The notes under the pieces were generated by a model, which was given only the letters and a program-made list of their open reading frames with translations, was not told the DNA's origin and made no database searches. Shown one piece after another: positions 35,724 to 45,875 of a stretch of 64,000 nt of DNA. The DNA is taken from positions 1-64,000 of the IMG/VR virus record IMGVR_UViG_2974508059_000001. One strand, given 5' to 3'. Position numbers and translations under genes: made by a program. Numbering within the stretch: the stretch's first letter is position 1; every line of letters begins with the position of its first letter. The DNA is from a virus (lineage: Duplodnaviria > Caudoviricetes).

Positions 35724-36326
35724 ATGTCACAGCGCAAAAAGAAACCCGCTTATAATCCACGTAAACTTGCACGTGAGCGTTTAGAGAAGCTGATGGCGAG
35801 CATCTTCTACGTTCAGGATATGTTCACCGCCGAGTCGGGTAAAATCGCAAAACGTTTGGATATGGACTTAGCCGAAATCACCGGCACCACCGAACTGGAT
35901 GCGTATAAGCGTGAACAGACTGAGCGTTCGAAAGCCGCCTACATCGGCCTTATCAGTCAGGTCAGTAAAGACCTGTCAGCCGTCATCGTCGCTGCCGACA
36001 ATGCTGCGGGTCAGGTTGTTGCTGACTTGAAAGTGCGTCCGTGGAAAGAGATGAAGGATGCGGCGTTTATCGCTGAATTGGCATTGGAGCACCACTCCAC
36101 GGAAGCTGCAATCGCCGGTCAGAAATACACCGGTCTGATTCTGGAAATCATGCAGGACTACTTCCGCAACATCGAATTCGTCTGCCGTGAAGTCAAAGCG
36201 GGCCGTTCGGTTGAAGATGCGAAGAAGACCCTGACTGAAAATATCGCGAAAGAAGCAGAAGTTGCTGCGGCAGCCGCTGCTGAAGTTGCGTCTGCTGAAA
36301 AGGAAACTGTCGATGTCGCAGAATGA
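35724..36326 (+). CDS. Hypothetical helical protein with basic N-terminus (200 aa)
   Basis: TAAGGA RBS. Confidence 0.8.
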   Translation: MSQRKKKPAYNPRKLARERLEKLMASIFYVQDMFTAESGKIAKRLDMDLAEITGTTELDAYKREQTERSKAAYIGLISQVSKDLSAVIVAADNAAGQVVADLKVRPWKEMKDAAFIAELALEHHSTEAAIAGQKYTGLILEIMQDYFRNIEFVCREVKAGRSVEDAKKTLTENIAKEAEVAAAAAAEVASAEKETVDVAE

Positions 36327-38331
36327 AGGGCGTCCGGGCTCCGGTCGCGTTGCGCCGTCAGAGAGCAATGATACTGCTCAACTGATGGCCATCATGGAAG
36401 CTAACCCGTCTCTGGGCATTGCTCAGGCCCGGGTGTTGCTTGACGAACAACGTGGGCTCGCTAAGCTGGAAGAGCAAGAGAACGCTCAGCCAGTAGTCGC
36501 CCCTCCTCAACCTACTGTGCGTGAAGATATCGCTCCGGCAAACATCACACACCAACACGTTCACGTGGAGCCGCCTGAACCACTGCAAGCTGCTCCGCTG
36601 GACGTGAAGCCGCAGGAACAAGCGGTGCAGCCGCTTCATCCCCCTATTCGCTCTACAGCGTTTATGGATGCGGCGGTGGCCGCCGCTGCGCCTGCTGCCC
36701 CTTCTTTTTTGCCTCCGGAAGAGCCACAGCCTGCCCCTGAGCCGTTGACTGCCCAACCGGTAGCCCAACCTGCTCAGACCGCAGAGCCACTCTTGCCAGA
36801 GCAGGAAGAAGAACGTGTGCCGGATTATCAAAAAGCGGGTAAGCCGACCATCCGTCTGGGCAAGTCACTGGCCACCAGTGAAATCAACGCTATCGATTCT
36901 GAAGACCAAGAACTCCTGCTACTCGGCATGGGTGATCTGGTGGGGCCGATGCAATCCCTGCCGGAAATGCAAAAGCACGTGAATCAGTTCTTCTCAAGTT
37001 TGGAACGTGACCCGCGCACCAATGCGCCACTGTTCCGTTCTGAGGAAGAAGAAAGCACGTTCTCACGCCTGCAAGCGGCACTGGCAAATACCCCGCCGAC
37101 TGCCCCGGGTACGCGTAGCGCCAGCTTCGACATGGCAATGGGTCGTGAAGACACGGTGTGGAACCAAGGCATTCAGCCTGACGGTCAACCGTACCGTGGT
37201 GTGGTCAGTGTGAACACCGGCGGTAAAGGTGCTATCGCTGCACTGCGCCGTAAACGTAAGTCAGGTTCGCCGTCTACGGTCTTCCTGCCTGCGTCCGGTT
37301 TCTGCATTAGCTTCCGTGCCCCACACGAACGTGACTTCTGTGACTTCGATATTCGCATGGCGCTGGAAACCGCGAAAGTGGGCATGAGTTCCTACGGGTT
37401 GCTGATGTCTGCCTCGTCCGGTATCTACGTGCGTAACATCGTTGAGTTCTGTCTGCTGTTTGTTGAAGGCTGTTCACTGGAACTCGGCGGGGATGACCTG
37501 AAGACCACCCTTATCGATCGTATCGATAAAGATGACTACTGGTTCATTATCGTCGGCATGTTGGCGGCGAAATTCCCATCGGGTATTCCGTGGGGCTTAA
37601 GCTGCCTGAACCCGGCGTGTGACCACGTGCAGGAAGGGCGTCTGAATCTGGCCCGTGCGATTCGCATGGGAACCAGCTTACTGGCTGATGAGCAGCGCCA
37701 GCTGTATTACCGTCAGCGCAGTGAAGATGCCTCTGAAAACACCATCACGTACGAAGAGCAAACGCAGTACCGCCAGCAGCACAAGTCGGTGGCCGCGTCT
37801 ATCTTTGAGAAAGACGGTGTGACGATTGAGTTCGGTCGTTCTTCGCTGGGTGACTTCTTTGATGTTACCGAAGAGTGGGCGGATGAAATCAACGAAACCA
37901 CTACGCGGGCGTTGACTGACTATGCCACCGAAAAAGACCGTGAGACCCATCTGCGTGTGAACGCGGAGTCTCGTCGTCTGACGCGTTACCTGCACATGGT
38001 GAAATCCATTTCGATTGATGAAGGCGAAGGTCGGGTGTCGAAAGCCACCAACCGGGCTGAAATCAAAACCATGCTGGCAGAGATGTCGTCTGACCGTCTG
38101 TACGTGACCGAGTTCGAAGCGGCGGTAACGAAGTTCACCGAGATGTCTCGCTTGGCGGTGTTTGGCTACATGGGCAAGAAGTGTCCACAGTGCCAGCATT
38201 CGCAGGGTGAGGCCGACGGTGACTTCCGCGGTATCGTGACCATCTCACCGGACAGGGTTTTTTTCGCGCTATCTCGTGCGGTGTCCGCAATGCAGAGGCT
38301 TTGGCTCAGTCAATACGCCGATATTGGCTAG
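36313..38331 (+). CDS. Putative tail/baseplate-hub assembly chaperone (T4 gp26/gp51-like; phiKZ gp77 position)
   Basis: Pro/Gln-rich N-terminus; CLNPAC and CPQC Zn pairs; ..DRVFF near the C-terminus. Confidence 0.55.
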   Translation: MSQNEGRPGSGRVAPSESNDTAQLMAIMEANPSLGIAQARVLLDEQRGLAKLEEQENAQPVVAPPQPTVREDIAPANITHQHVHVEPPEPLQAAPLDVKPQEQAVQPLHPPIRSTAFMDAAVAAAAPAAPSFLPPEEPQPAPEPLTAQPVAQPAQTAEPLLPEQEEERVPDYQKAGKPTIRLGKSLATSEINAIDSEDQELLLLGMGDLVGPMQSLPEMQKHVNQFFSSLERDPRTNAPLFRSEEEESTFSRLQAALANTPPTAPGTRSASFDMAMGREDTVWNQGIQPDGQPYRGVVSVNTGGKGAIAALRRKRKSGSPSTVFLPASGFCISFRAPHERDFCDFDIRMALETAKVGMSSYGLLMSASSGIYVRNIVEFCLLFVEGCSLELGGDDLKTTLIDRIDKDDYWFIIVGMLAAKFPSGIPWGLSCLNPACDHVQEGRLNLARAIRMGTSLLADEQRQLYYRQRSEDASENTITYEEQTQYRQQHKSVAASIFEKDGVTIEFGRSSLGDFFDVTEEWADEINETTTRALTDYATEKDRETHLRVNAESRRLTRYLHMVKSISIDEGEGRVSKATNRAEIKTMLAEMSSDRLYVTEFEAAVTKFTEMSRLAVFGYMGKKCPQCQHSQGEADGDFRGIVTISPDRVFFALSRAVSAMQRLWLSQYADIG

Positions 38332-38744
38332 ACAGCGAGCACGTTTCAACCGAGACCATCATCACGACCTTAAAGCTTGATGCCACGTCACTCTTTAAAA
38401 GTCGTAAAGGCAAACCCATCACGTATCAGGAAGCACACGACACGTTGTTGGGGGCGTTCGACGATGCCATTGAACATGACACCGGGCCAAACTCGGTGTT
38501 CTTCTCTGACTTCGACGACCCGCTGACCGGTTCTCTGTTGGACATCTGGTTGGACACGTACATCCGTGAGCGAATCGGTGAACGGTTCAACCTGTCGTTT
38601 GATGAATTCCTTGACCGTCCCCGTTATGAAATCATGCGCATGATAAGTGTCGTTGGGCGTTATAACGCGGTGGTCAATCGGGAAATCAACAAAGCAGGGA
38701 AAGATGTTGACTCGTTGGAACAACAGTTGCACGGGAAAACGTAG
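38301..38744 (+). CDS. Chaperone-associated ORF, possibly the -1 frameshift extension of the upstream gene
   Basis: TTG start with poorly spaced RBS; FNLSFDEFLDRP resembles tail-chaperone GT C-domains; in the -1 frame. Confidence 0.6.
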   Translation: MAQSIRRYWLDSEHVSTETIITTLKLDATSLFKSRKGKPITYQEAHDTLLGAFDDAIEHDTGPNSVFFSDFDDPLTGSLLDIWLDTYIRERIGERFNLSFDEFLDRPRYEIMRMISVVGRYNAVVNREINKAGKDVDSLEQQLHGKT

Positions 38745-38750
38745 CATCGT

Positions 38751-38777
38751 GGGGGCTTCGGCCCCCTTTCTTTTTTT
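38751..38777 (+). terminator. Intrinsic terminator
   Basis: GGGGGC-TTCG-GCCCCC plus T run. Confidence 0.85.
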
Positions 38778-38816
38778 GTCAGGGCGATGTTATGAACCCT
38801 TTGAAGGACACACACC

Positions 38817-39662
38817 ATGAATATCTACGACGATGTCGCTGACCAGCTCATCGCCCATCGGCATGAGACCCGCGCCGCGGCAATGTTAGACCTGACCACT
38901 ATCTTGATTGACAACGGCTATGAGCCGGCGTTGACTGAGATTTACCATCAGCCGATTCCTGACCCTAACGAAGAAACCGTTCGTTACGAAGAGATTATCA
39001 TTCGCTGTGCTAAAAACTTTGGGTCGAAATGCGGCATCGCGTTTAACCCACAGGTAGCATGGCACAAACCCAAAGAGACGGGGTTGATTCTCCATGGTCT
39101 CTTGGAAGGCTTTGAGGCCAACGAAGATGTGGACACCCTGTACGGTATCGTGCTCTCGGGTGAGCCGCCTATCTTTGTACTGGAAAACCTGATTCGCTAC
39201 GTCTTCGGTGATGACAACCTGCATGTTGAGGATTTAATCATCAACGTCGAGAACCGGGTGATGACGGTACTTCAAAACTTCCTCTCTGCGGCGACCATTG
39301 AGAAGAACAATCTCAACACCAACGATCGCATGGCACACATCGCAGCCTACCTGCGCTACTACCCGCAGAACCCCAGTGCATGGGTCTTTATGAACCTGCC
39401 ACCGGAAGTCGAGGAGAAAGTCCTTATTCAGCAGCTTGACTTCGGGGAAGACAACGGGGTAAGTGCCCTGGAATTACTGGCCATCTACAGCGTGGGCTTG
39501 TGTGTTGCCCAGTGTGATGATTTTGACAGCGCTTACACGCAGCTGGAGAAGTCTTTTGAAGCATTGAATACAGATGGGTACCCTGCGACCCCAACGCTTC
39601 AGGAAGGCTTACAGGCGCTTAAAACCATATACGGGGTAACAGTGGAACATGAACAAGCTTGA
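38817..39662 (+). CDS. Conserved hypothetical protein (281 aa)
   Basis: AAGGA RBS; TATG upstream. Confidence 0.8.
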   Translation: MNIYDDVADQLIAHRHETRAAAMLDLTTILIDNGYEPALTEIYHQPIPDPNEETVRYEEIIIRCAKNFGSKCGIAFNPQVAWHKPKETGLILHGLLEGFEANEDVDTLYGIVLSGEPPIFVLENLIRYVFGDDNLHVEDLIINVENRVMTVLQNFLSAATIEKNNLNTNDRMAHIAAYLRYYPQNPSAWVFMNLPPEVEEKVLIQQLDFGEDNGVSALELLAIYSVGLCVAQCDDFDSAYTQLEKSFEALNTDGYPATPTLQEGLQALKTIYGVTVEHEQA

Positions 39663-40953
39663 TTACCTGATTGCCGCCTGTAAAAGTGGGGCGTGGCGCA
39701 GACTGGTCTGGCGGTTGAGTATCTTCAACGTCTGCCAGTTTCCGGCCAATGAAGTACCCGAGCAGTATGACCTGAATTACATCGACGGCTACCCGCATTA
39801 CTGGGAAGCGGCGGATGAAGACAGCCCGGGCGAGTGGATTAAAATCGAGGGAGCGGATAAGGACAAGGAGTTGTTCTACGCAGAAGACCGCTTCACCCTG
39901 ATACCTGACCACTATCCGGGTTTCGAAGGGAAAGTTGAGACGGGTGTGGGACGCTACGTCTTTAACTGGATTGTCATCTATTACGCCTTTGGGACACGCA
40001 TGCCGTATCTGGCTGATGCGCCGACGGCAATGGTTTACCAGTCAGAGATTTACAAACGCTGTCTGGACACCGAAGATGAAGACCCAGAGAACGAAGAGGC
40101 GATTCGTCCGAGCATGGTTGGGAAGTTTATTCAGGGCTTGAGCGAGATTGCCCCGATGACCATTGCCATTGCCCCGACCGGTACGCTGCGTTCGCTCTCG
40201 GTTCACCCTGACACGTACAAAATGCGTGATGCGCTCCTGCTCAAGCACAAAGACGAGCTGGATAACCCGGCGGTTATCGTTGAGATTGAGAAGGCGCTGG
40301 ATGCACTGGATACCGAGTGGTTATCCGGTGACCAATCCATTCAGTTCTACGCCTCCAAGAAATCGCGTATGCGTCGCCGTAAACTGTTCCTGATGTACGG
40401 CATCGAAACCGCCTTTAAAGAAGGTGCGGACTTTACCCTGATTCCAACTTCCCTGATGGAAGTGGATAAAACGGGTATGGAGTATCTGGTTGACAAGTAC
40501 AACTCGACGCGTGAAGGCTCGTTCATGCGCGGTGCAGAAACCGCCAAAGGTGGTGAACAGGTACGTATCATCCAGATGATTTTCCAGAACCACCGTATCG
40601 TCGAAGGTGACTGCGGGACGAAGTTAACCCACGCGGTTCAAATCACACCGGCCAACCAATTCATGTACGTCGGCATGAACTCCGTGGAGAACGGCAAGTA
40701 CGTGCTCCTGAGTAAAGACGCACTGAAAGGCATGATCGGTAAAACTGTTCGTATTCGTCGACCTATTTTATGCCAACGGGGGCACGTGGACTGCTGCGCG
40801 GCTTGTGCGTCTCCTGACAAAGCAAAAGAAGAACGCGCGATTGCCGCCGATATTGCAACCGGGATGTCCAACATCATGTTGAACGCCATGGGTGCGATGC
40901 ACGGCCGTGAAACCGTCGTTGAAGAATACGATCCCCTAATCCACATTACGTAA
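39649..40953 (+). CDS. Virion RNA polymerase beta' middle fragment (phiKZ gp80-like)
   Basis: REGSFMRGAETAKGG bridge helix, GDCGT, RRPILC..CCAAC, AMGAMH. Confidence 0.85.
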   Translation: MNKLDYLIAACKSGAWRRLVWRLSIFNVCQFPANEVPEQYDLNYIDGYPHYWEAADEDSPGEWIKIEGADKDKELFYAEDRFTLIPDHYPGFEGKVETGVGRYVFNWIVIYYAFGTRMPYLADAPTAMVYQSEIYKRCLDTEDEDPENEEAIRPSMVGKFIQGLSEIAPMTIAIAPTGTLRSLSVHPDTYKMRDALLLKHKDELDNPAVIVEIEKALDALDTEWLSGDQSIQFYASKKSRMRRRKLFLMYGIETAFKEGADFTLIPTSLMEVDKTGMEYLVDKYNSTREGSFMRGAETAKGGEQVRIIQMIFQNHRIVEGDCGTKLTHAVQITPANQFMYVGMNSVENGKYVLLSKDALKGMIGKTVRIRRPILCQRGHVDCCAACASPDKAKEERAIAADIATGMSNIMLNAMGAMHGRETVVEEYDPLIHIT

Positions 40954-40963
40954 GGACTGAATC

Positions 40964-41485
40964 ATGGGTTCTGCTACCAACGATACCAATACCAACGCTG
41001 TACGCGTTGATACACCAAAGCGCGACAACGATGTTGTCTCCACTGCGGGTTATACGCAGGATGAAAAGTACGCAGTGAAGTTAATCACTGAGCTGTTGGA
41101 TGAAGCCGGCAAAGCCACTGCGCCGGGCAAACCAACCGGTACGCAGGAAGAGAAGCAAGCTATCGCCAAAGTGCAACAGGCGTGGCGTAAGCTGTGGGAA
41201 CTGCGCGGTGATGCGTTTATGGACGCCTTCGGTGTGTTTGTGACCTCGGCCACGAAATACAGCAAAGGTCTGTTCAGCCTGACCACCATTAACCGCTTTA
41301 TGGAAAGCTTCCCGGACCAGTCTGAGCGTGAAGTGTACCTTATCTTCATTAACAACGTGGCCCGGTTTGCGAAGTCCCAGAACAAAGCGGATTACGGTCA
41401 GCGTAACAACATCGACCGCCTGATTCGCCGTCTGGTGGATAATGACCTGAAGCAGTTGGTTGCCCACGCCTTCAACGTCATTTAA
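40964..41485 (+). CDS. Hypothetical helical protein (173 aa)
   Basis: TAAGGA RBS. Confidence 0.8.
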   Translation: MGSATNDTNTNAVRVDTPKRDNDVVSTAGYTQDEKYAVKLITELLDEAGKATAPGKPTGTQEEKQAIAKVQQAWRKLWELRGDAFMDAFGVFVTSATKYSKGLFSLTTINRFMESFPDQSEREVYLIFINNVARFAKSQNKADYGQRNNIDRLIRRLVDNDLKQLVAHAFNVI

Positions 41486-41495
41486 AAAGTAAAGG

Positions 41496-41528
41496 CCCTA
41501 CTACTCGAAGGAGTAGTAGGGTTTCTTT
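41496..41528. terminator. Bidirectional terminator
   Basis: CCCTACTACTC-GAAG-GAGTAGTAGGG. Confidence 0.8.
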
Positions 41529-41728
41529 TATTTGCGGCTTAGTCGTCCGATGAGGAACGCTGCGGTAAGTTGGACTTCTTGGCTCGGGCCCGTCTCCTCC
41601 TCTTCCTCGCAGACCTCTCTTCGCGTCTCTTCTCGCACATGCGTGCTAGGTCGTGATGGGGTACGCCGCGCCAATTGCGGATTAATTGTCTGAGCCAAGC
41701 CCAGCGTGGTTTCAAAGATAGCAAACAT
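41528..41728 (-). CDS. Small protein after polymerase exo subunit (reading frame ambiguous, see findings)
   Basis: GGGAGGAG RBS upstream of both ATG 41728 and TTG 41724. Confidence 0.5.
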   Translation of the reverse strand: MFAIFETTLGLAQTINPQLARRTPSRPSTHVREETRREVCEEEEETGPSQEVQLTAAFLIGRLSRK

Positions 41729-41740
41729 ATCTCCTCCCGA

Positions 41741-43513
41741 TTAATGGGTTGTGTGTTCAGCGTTGTCGGCCATGCGCTTCATAAAGGTTTCGAGTACAGT
41801 GTCTTTGTCCGGCAGCAAGAAGAAGTCCGTGGCAATCTCCATGGCATTGATACGTCCCGCAGTCAGGTTCACCCCGACACGACGACGCACCTCTTCGGTT
41901 ACCCCGTCAACGTAGATAAGCTCAATCAACGTTGTCTCACGCGATTGGTTTAACATATTCGTTGCCGATGGGTAGGCCTGCGTTAAGTCGGCATCCGCGG
42001 TTTGACCACGGAAGGCAGAATGGAAATCGCTAATCTCTGCCAGTATGTTACGCAAACCGTTCTCTTGGTTCATGTGTGCGGGCAGGGTAACAATCCATCC
42101 GTCGGTGCCGATAACCTCCTCATCCTTCTCGTTACGCATCTCCTTACCGGTTGCTCCGATGACCAGCCCTTGGTCGTACAGGTAAAAGGTGTAGGCATTA
42201 CAGATACGTTTGGGTAGGGAAGGGAAGATATCGAACATCGACACACCGGCCAGCACCGAGAACGCCGAGGCCAAGTCTTTGGTCTTGTGGTCCAACAGGA
42301 TAATCAACAGGTTATCCATGATGTTGTAGACCGCATACTCCGCCGGGAAGTCTCGCTGGGCTTTATCGTGCCAGCTCAGTTTGTCTTCGTAGTCCAGACC
42401 CGGAATGCTTAACTTGCCGACACCGATTTCGGTTTCCAGAATCGAACTGAGTTTGTAGTTCGGACGGTTACCTTCGTGCGTACGGATTTTCTTAAACAAG
42501 CACATGGCATCAACACAATAGAACGACGCCATGCAGTACATCACATGCCACTGGTCAGCTGGGGATTTGGTCAGTGACTTAGACTCGGTCTTTTTGTTGG
42601 CTTGGTCTTCTTTAAACCAGCAACGGCGATACTTAACCGGGACATCAGGATGGCAGTAAACATCCTCAGCAGGAATACCCTCAGCCGCCAACTGATTAAC
42701 GATGCAGTTGTGGTCGAACTGGTGGTTCCATGCCACAACCAAGTCCGGCAGACGTTCGTGAATTTTCTGGAACATCGAGACGATACACGCCCCCGGTGTC
42801 GCACAGGTGTAAACAAAGAGTTGGTAATCGCCGAGCACATCTCTCTCGACCCACTTCTCTTCCCCGGTGGCTTTGTCCTTTTCCAAGAACGGCACCCGGG
42901 TTAAGAGCTCTTTGGCTTTCTTGGCAATAATCTGGTCGGCGTCTTTACCGATGCGATCCATATACGGCTTGTCACCAAAGAAGTGAATCTCATCATCCAG
43001 CACAAAGCTCATGATGTTCGGTTCACGGTCACGTCCTTCCCGCACGTTGGTTTCCACGTCGATAACGCAGATGCGGTTTTCAGAAACGAACTGTGACCAC
43101 TTCTTGAGGTACTGGTTCTTGATATACGTGGGCAGGGTTAAGTCCGCCCAATAAACAAACGGGCTGCTGCACACCTGACGCAGGCTTTTCTTTTTGTCAA
43201 CGAAACGATAACCCAGACCGAGTTGAATGGTCGCTGCCATGTTCACATCGGTGGTCATGAGTTCCTGACACTTGCCGCGCTCTTCGTACTCTTTCTTTTC
43301 TTGGTGATTCCGGTGTTGTGGCAGAGTAATGTAGATGGGGCGTTTAACGTTCTCTGCAATGCGGATAGCCGGTATCTGCCGACCATCATTAGTATGGATG
43401 ACCTCTTTCACGAGGACACAGTCATTCTCTTTTTCTTCGTCTGTGGCGTACGTAATGTTTTTACATTCGCGTCCCGCGATATCAGAGGGACTGTAATACT
43501 GATTCTGTTCCAT
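41741..43513 (-). CDS. Split family-B DNA polymerase, 3'-5' exonuclease + motif A subunit (phiKZ gp82-like)
   Basis: ExoI IDVET, ExoII AWNHQFD, ExoIII YNIMD, motif A DLTQAYPS. Confidence 0.88.
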   Translation of the reverse strand: MEQNQYYSPSDIAGRECKNITYATDEEKENDCVLVKEVIHTNDGRQIPAIRIAENVKRPIYITLPQHRNHQEKKEYEERGKCQELMTTDVNMAATIQLGLGYRFVDKKKSLRQVCSSPFVYWADLTLPTYIKNQYLKKWSQFVSENRICVIDVETNVREGRDREPNIMSFVLDDEIHFFGDKPYMDRIGKDADQIIAKKAKELLTRVPFLEKDKATGEEKWVERDVLGDYQLFVYTCATPGACIVSMFQKIHERLPDLVVAWNHQFDHNCIVNQLAAEGIPAEDVYCHPDVPVKYRRCWFKEDQANKKTESKSLTKSPADQWHVMYCMASFYCVDAMCLFKKIRTHEGNRPNYKLSSILETEIGVGKLSIPGLDYEDKLSWHDKAQRDFPAEYAVYNIMDNLLIILLDHKTKDLASAFSVLAGVSMFDIFPSLPKRICNAYTFYLYDQGLVIGATGKEMRNEKDEEVIGTDGWIVTLPAHMNQENGLRNILAEISDFHSAFRGQTADADLTQAYPSATNMLNQSRETTLIELIYVDGVTEEVRRRVGVNLTAGRINAMEIATDFFLLPDKDTVLETFMKRMADNAEHTTH

Positions 43514-43540
43514 GGGTGTCTCTCAAGCTATATAGGGCTT

Positions 43541-43569
43541 CTATAGTTATCCAGCGGAGACGTAATTTT
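43541..43569 (-). promoter_or_regulatory. Middle-type promoter candidate
   Basis: AAAATTAC-N16-TATAG on the minus strand; similar sites at 2059, 4959, 5407, 11297, 58845. Confidence 0.5.
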
Positions 43570-43585
43570 CTTAGAAGGAAAGATA

Positions 43586-44941
43586 ATGAAAGGTTACTGG
43601 GCTAAACGCGCCAAGACGGTGGCTGAGCATAAGCTCGTTGCCGCGGAGTCAATTCGATTCCAAGATAAAAAGAAGCTTGCGGCATTAGCGGAATTGGTTG
43701 AAGCCTTTCGGCGTGCCGGTGACTTCTCTCCTGCCGGGTATGAAAACTCCGGCATTGAAAAGTGGGTATTAGAAAACTGTGGTATCACCATCTTCTTTCG
43801 CAACGGCTCTGAAATCGGCTTAGCCGCTTATGCCTTTGCCGGTGTTGAGCCACCTAAGCTCGATGCCAACAACCCAATTGTCTCCAACCTCCATCGCCAG
43901 TATTACCGTGGCAACAATGACTTGGATGCCTACACCAAGTTCATTAAAGAGAACGAACTGGCAGGTTCGTTTGATGACAGCAACGCCAAAATCTCCGGTG
44001 ACCTGAGCAAGGTCTCAAGCCCGCTGTATGTGACGCCTGTCCTGATGGACGGTCTGAAGATGACGGACTACGAGATTGCCGCCATCATCCTGCATGAAGT
44101 GGGCCACGTTTATTACTACTTCCGCAGTCTGATGCGTGGGGTGGTGGTGAACCTGATTGCTGACGCCGCCGCGAACCGCATGATGGGCATGGAGTCGGAT
44201 GTGGAGAAGCTGCGCGTTATCAAAGACGTTGAGCGCATGCTGAACACCAAAATCGACCAACCGGAAACCATCTGCAAAGAGTTCAAGAAAGAGAACATCT
44301 ATATCCACTTGGTGACCGCGACCCTCTTAGAGCGTCCGAACATCACCGGGGGTGAAGGGTTTGGTAACCGTTCGTGGGAACGTGCGGCCGATGACTACGC
44401 TGCCCGCTTCGGCGCAGCCCCGCATCTGGCAACCGGTCTGTACAAACTGGAAACCGCGCCGATGTATCTGCTGCGCAGCAGCTCGTACATGAACATGGGT
44501 GTGCACCTGACGCTGGAGCTCGGCCGGGTTTCCCTGTTGGTGTTGTGGTCAACCACCCCAATGGGTCTGCTGCTGGCCACCGCGTCCATCGCCTTTGGCC
44601 TGCTGGCCAATGACCCGTCAGCCACTATCTACGATCCACCGCAAGAGCGCTTTGAAACCATGCGTCGTGCATTGGTTGAAGAACTCAAGACACTGGAAGG
44701 GGCGAACACCAAAGCGGCGAACGCACACCGCCAGCGTATCTTGGAAGGTATCTCGCAGATTGATGATTTGCTCAAAGTCGTGAAAGACAAAGACAATCTC
44801 TATGCGTTTATCTACAAGAACCTCATCCCGTCCGGTCGCCGTGAACGTGATGCGGTGGACTACCAGCGCGATGTGGAATCGTATCTGTCTAACGACCTGA
44901 CTGTTGCCATGAACAAACTGAAGGCGTCTTCCGCAAAGTAG
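43586..44941 (+). CDS. Virion (head/ejection) protein with zincin metalloprotease motif
   Basis: AIILHEVGH plus ERAADDYA (M48-like); AAE-S site; hydrophobic segment. Confidence 0.72.
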   Translation: MKGYWAKRAKTVAEHKLVAAESIRFQDKKKLAALAELVEAFRRAGDFSPAGYENSGIEKWVLENCGITIFFRNGSEIGLAAYAFAGVEPPKLDANNPIVSNLHRQYYRGNNDLDAYTKFIKENELAGSFDDSNAKISGDLSKVSSPLYVTPVLMDGLKMTDYEIAAIILHEVGHVYYYFRSLMRGVVVNLIADAAANRMMGMESDVEKLRVIKDVERMLNTKIDQPETICKEFKKENIYIHLVTATLLERPNITGGEGFGNRSWERAADDYAARFGAAPHLATGLYKLETAPMYLLRSSSYMNMGVHLTLELGRVSLLVLWSTTPMGLLLATASIAFGLLANDPSATIYDPPQERFETMRRALVEELKTLEGANTKAANAHRQRILEGISQIDDLLKVVKDKDNLYAFIYKNLIPSGRRERDAVDYQRDVESYLSNDLTVAMNKLKASSAK

Positions 44942-44952
44942 CAACCGAGTCT

Positions 44953-45420
44953 GTGGGCCGCGGGCAATCCCTCTGGATGGTATTACCCTTCCATTGGAGC
45001 CCGCTCTCACCCGTGCAGATAGACCATGACCTCAACGGTATGCGTTACGGCGTGGAGACTCCGCCGTTAATTGCGTACAGCAGTAAAGTTGAGGCCATCA
45101 AGGCCGGAATTGAATGGGCGTCATTTAAAAATCGGTCAGCTGATTCAGAAAATTCCGTGGGGTCTTCTTCTGCACCAATGAAGGTAGAACAGCGTGGAAA
45201 CACGTTATACTTGAAGGCACTGGGTTCGAGTAACACCCTCGTCAGTCAAGACACCATCTATCTTTATCGGCTTGACCCGAATGCCGCCTCTGAAGCGTGG
45301 CAACAGTCTTACGAAGGGTCCTTGCAATACTTCACGCACGGCGTAACCCCGTACGCGGAAGTCACGCACGACTCACTTCTTAATCTTATCAAAGACGCCG
45401 GTCTCACCGTCGCTTACTGA
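44953..45420 (+). CDS. Hypothetical protein (start uncertain)
   Basis: Fills the operon. Confidence 0.65.
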   Translation: MGRGQSLWMVLPFHWSPLSPVQIDHDLNGMRYGVETPPLIAYSSKVEAIKAGIEWASFKNRSADSENSVGSSSAPMKVEQRGNTLYLKALGSSNTLVSQDTIYLYRLDPNAASEAWQQSYEGSLQYFTHGVTPYAEVTHDSLLNLIKDAGLTVAY

Positions 45421-45431
45421 AAGGTATTATC

Positions 45432-45875
45432 ATGACACACAAAGTTTCTTTAGGCGGACTCGTCTACGATTTCAAACGTGCGAACGAAGGTCAGGGTGTG
45501 CAGGCCACACGTGCCCTGACGGCACTGGTAGCATTCTCCATCGCGTTCTCCACACCGGTTCCGGACAACGGCATCAACGGCTCACTGGAAGCGGCTAACC
45601 AGTTGCTGCGCCCACTGATGAGTTCGGTTATCTCTGATGTCAACGAAATCATGCAGGTTGACTTAGGGTCGATTCAAGACCTGACGTCGGGTCTGTACCT
45701 GAACCGTTACGACTCCGCATGGGGGCGCTACAAAGCACTGGAAGCGTTCACCATCAAACAAATCTTTGATGACGCGGTCGGTAGCGATGTCTGGGCAACC
45801 GTGACCCTGTGGGCAGAGCGCTTCTTGGAAGCGGTTGGTTTCTACATGCAGGAACTGAAAGGACAGGCAGCATGA
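45432..45875 (+). CDS. Putative virion protein (147 aa)
   Basis: AAGG RBS; head-protein block. Confidence 0.7.
   Translation: MTHKVSLGGLVYDFKRANEGQGVQATRALTALVAFSIAFSTPVPDNGINGSLEAANQLLRPLMSSVISDVNEIMQVDLGSIQDLTSGLYLNRYDSAWGRYKALEAFTIKQIFDDAVGSDVWATVTLWAERFLEAVGFYMQELKGQAA

Noticed and set aside
38255-38261. GGGTTTT as the slippery heptamer
   Set aside because: Not in X XXY YYZ register with the reading frame; TTTTTTC at 38259 is
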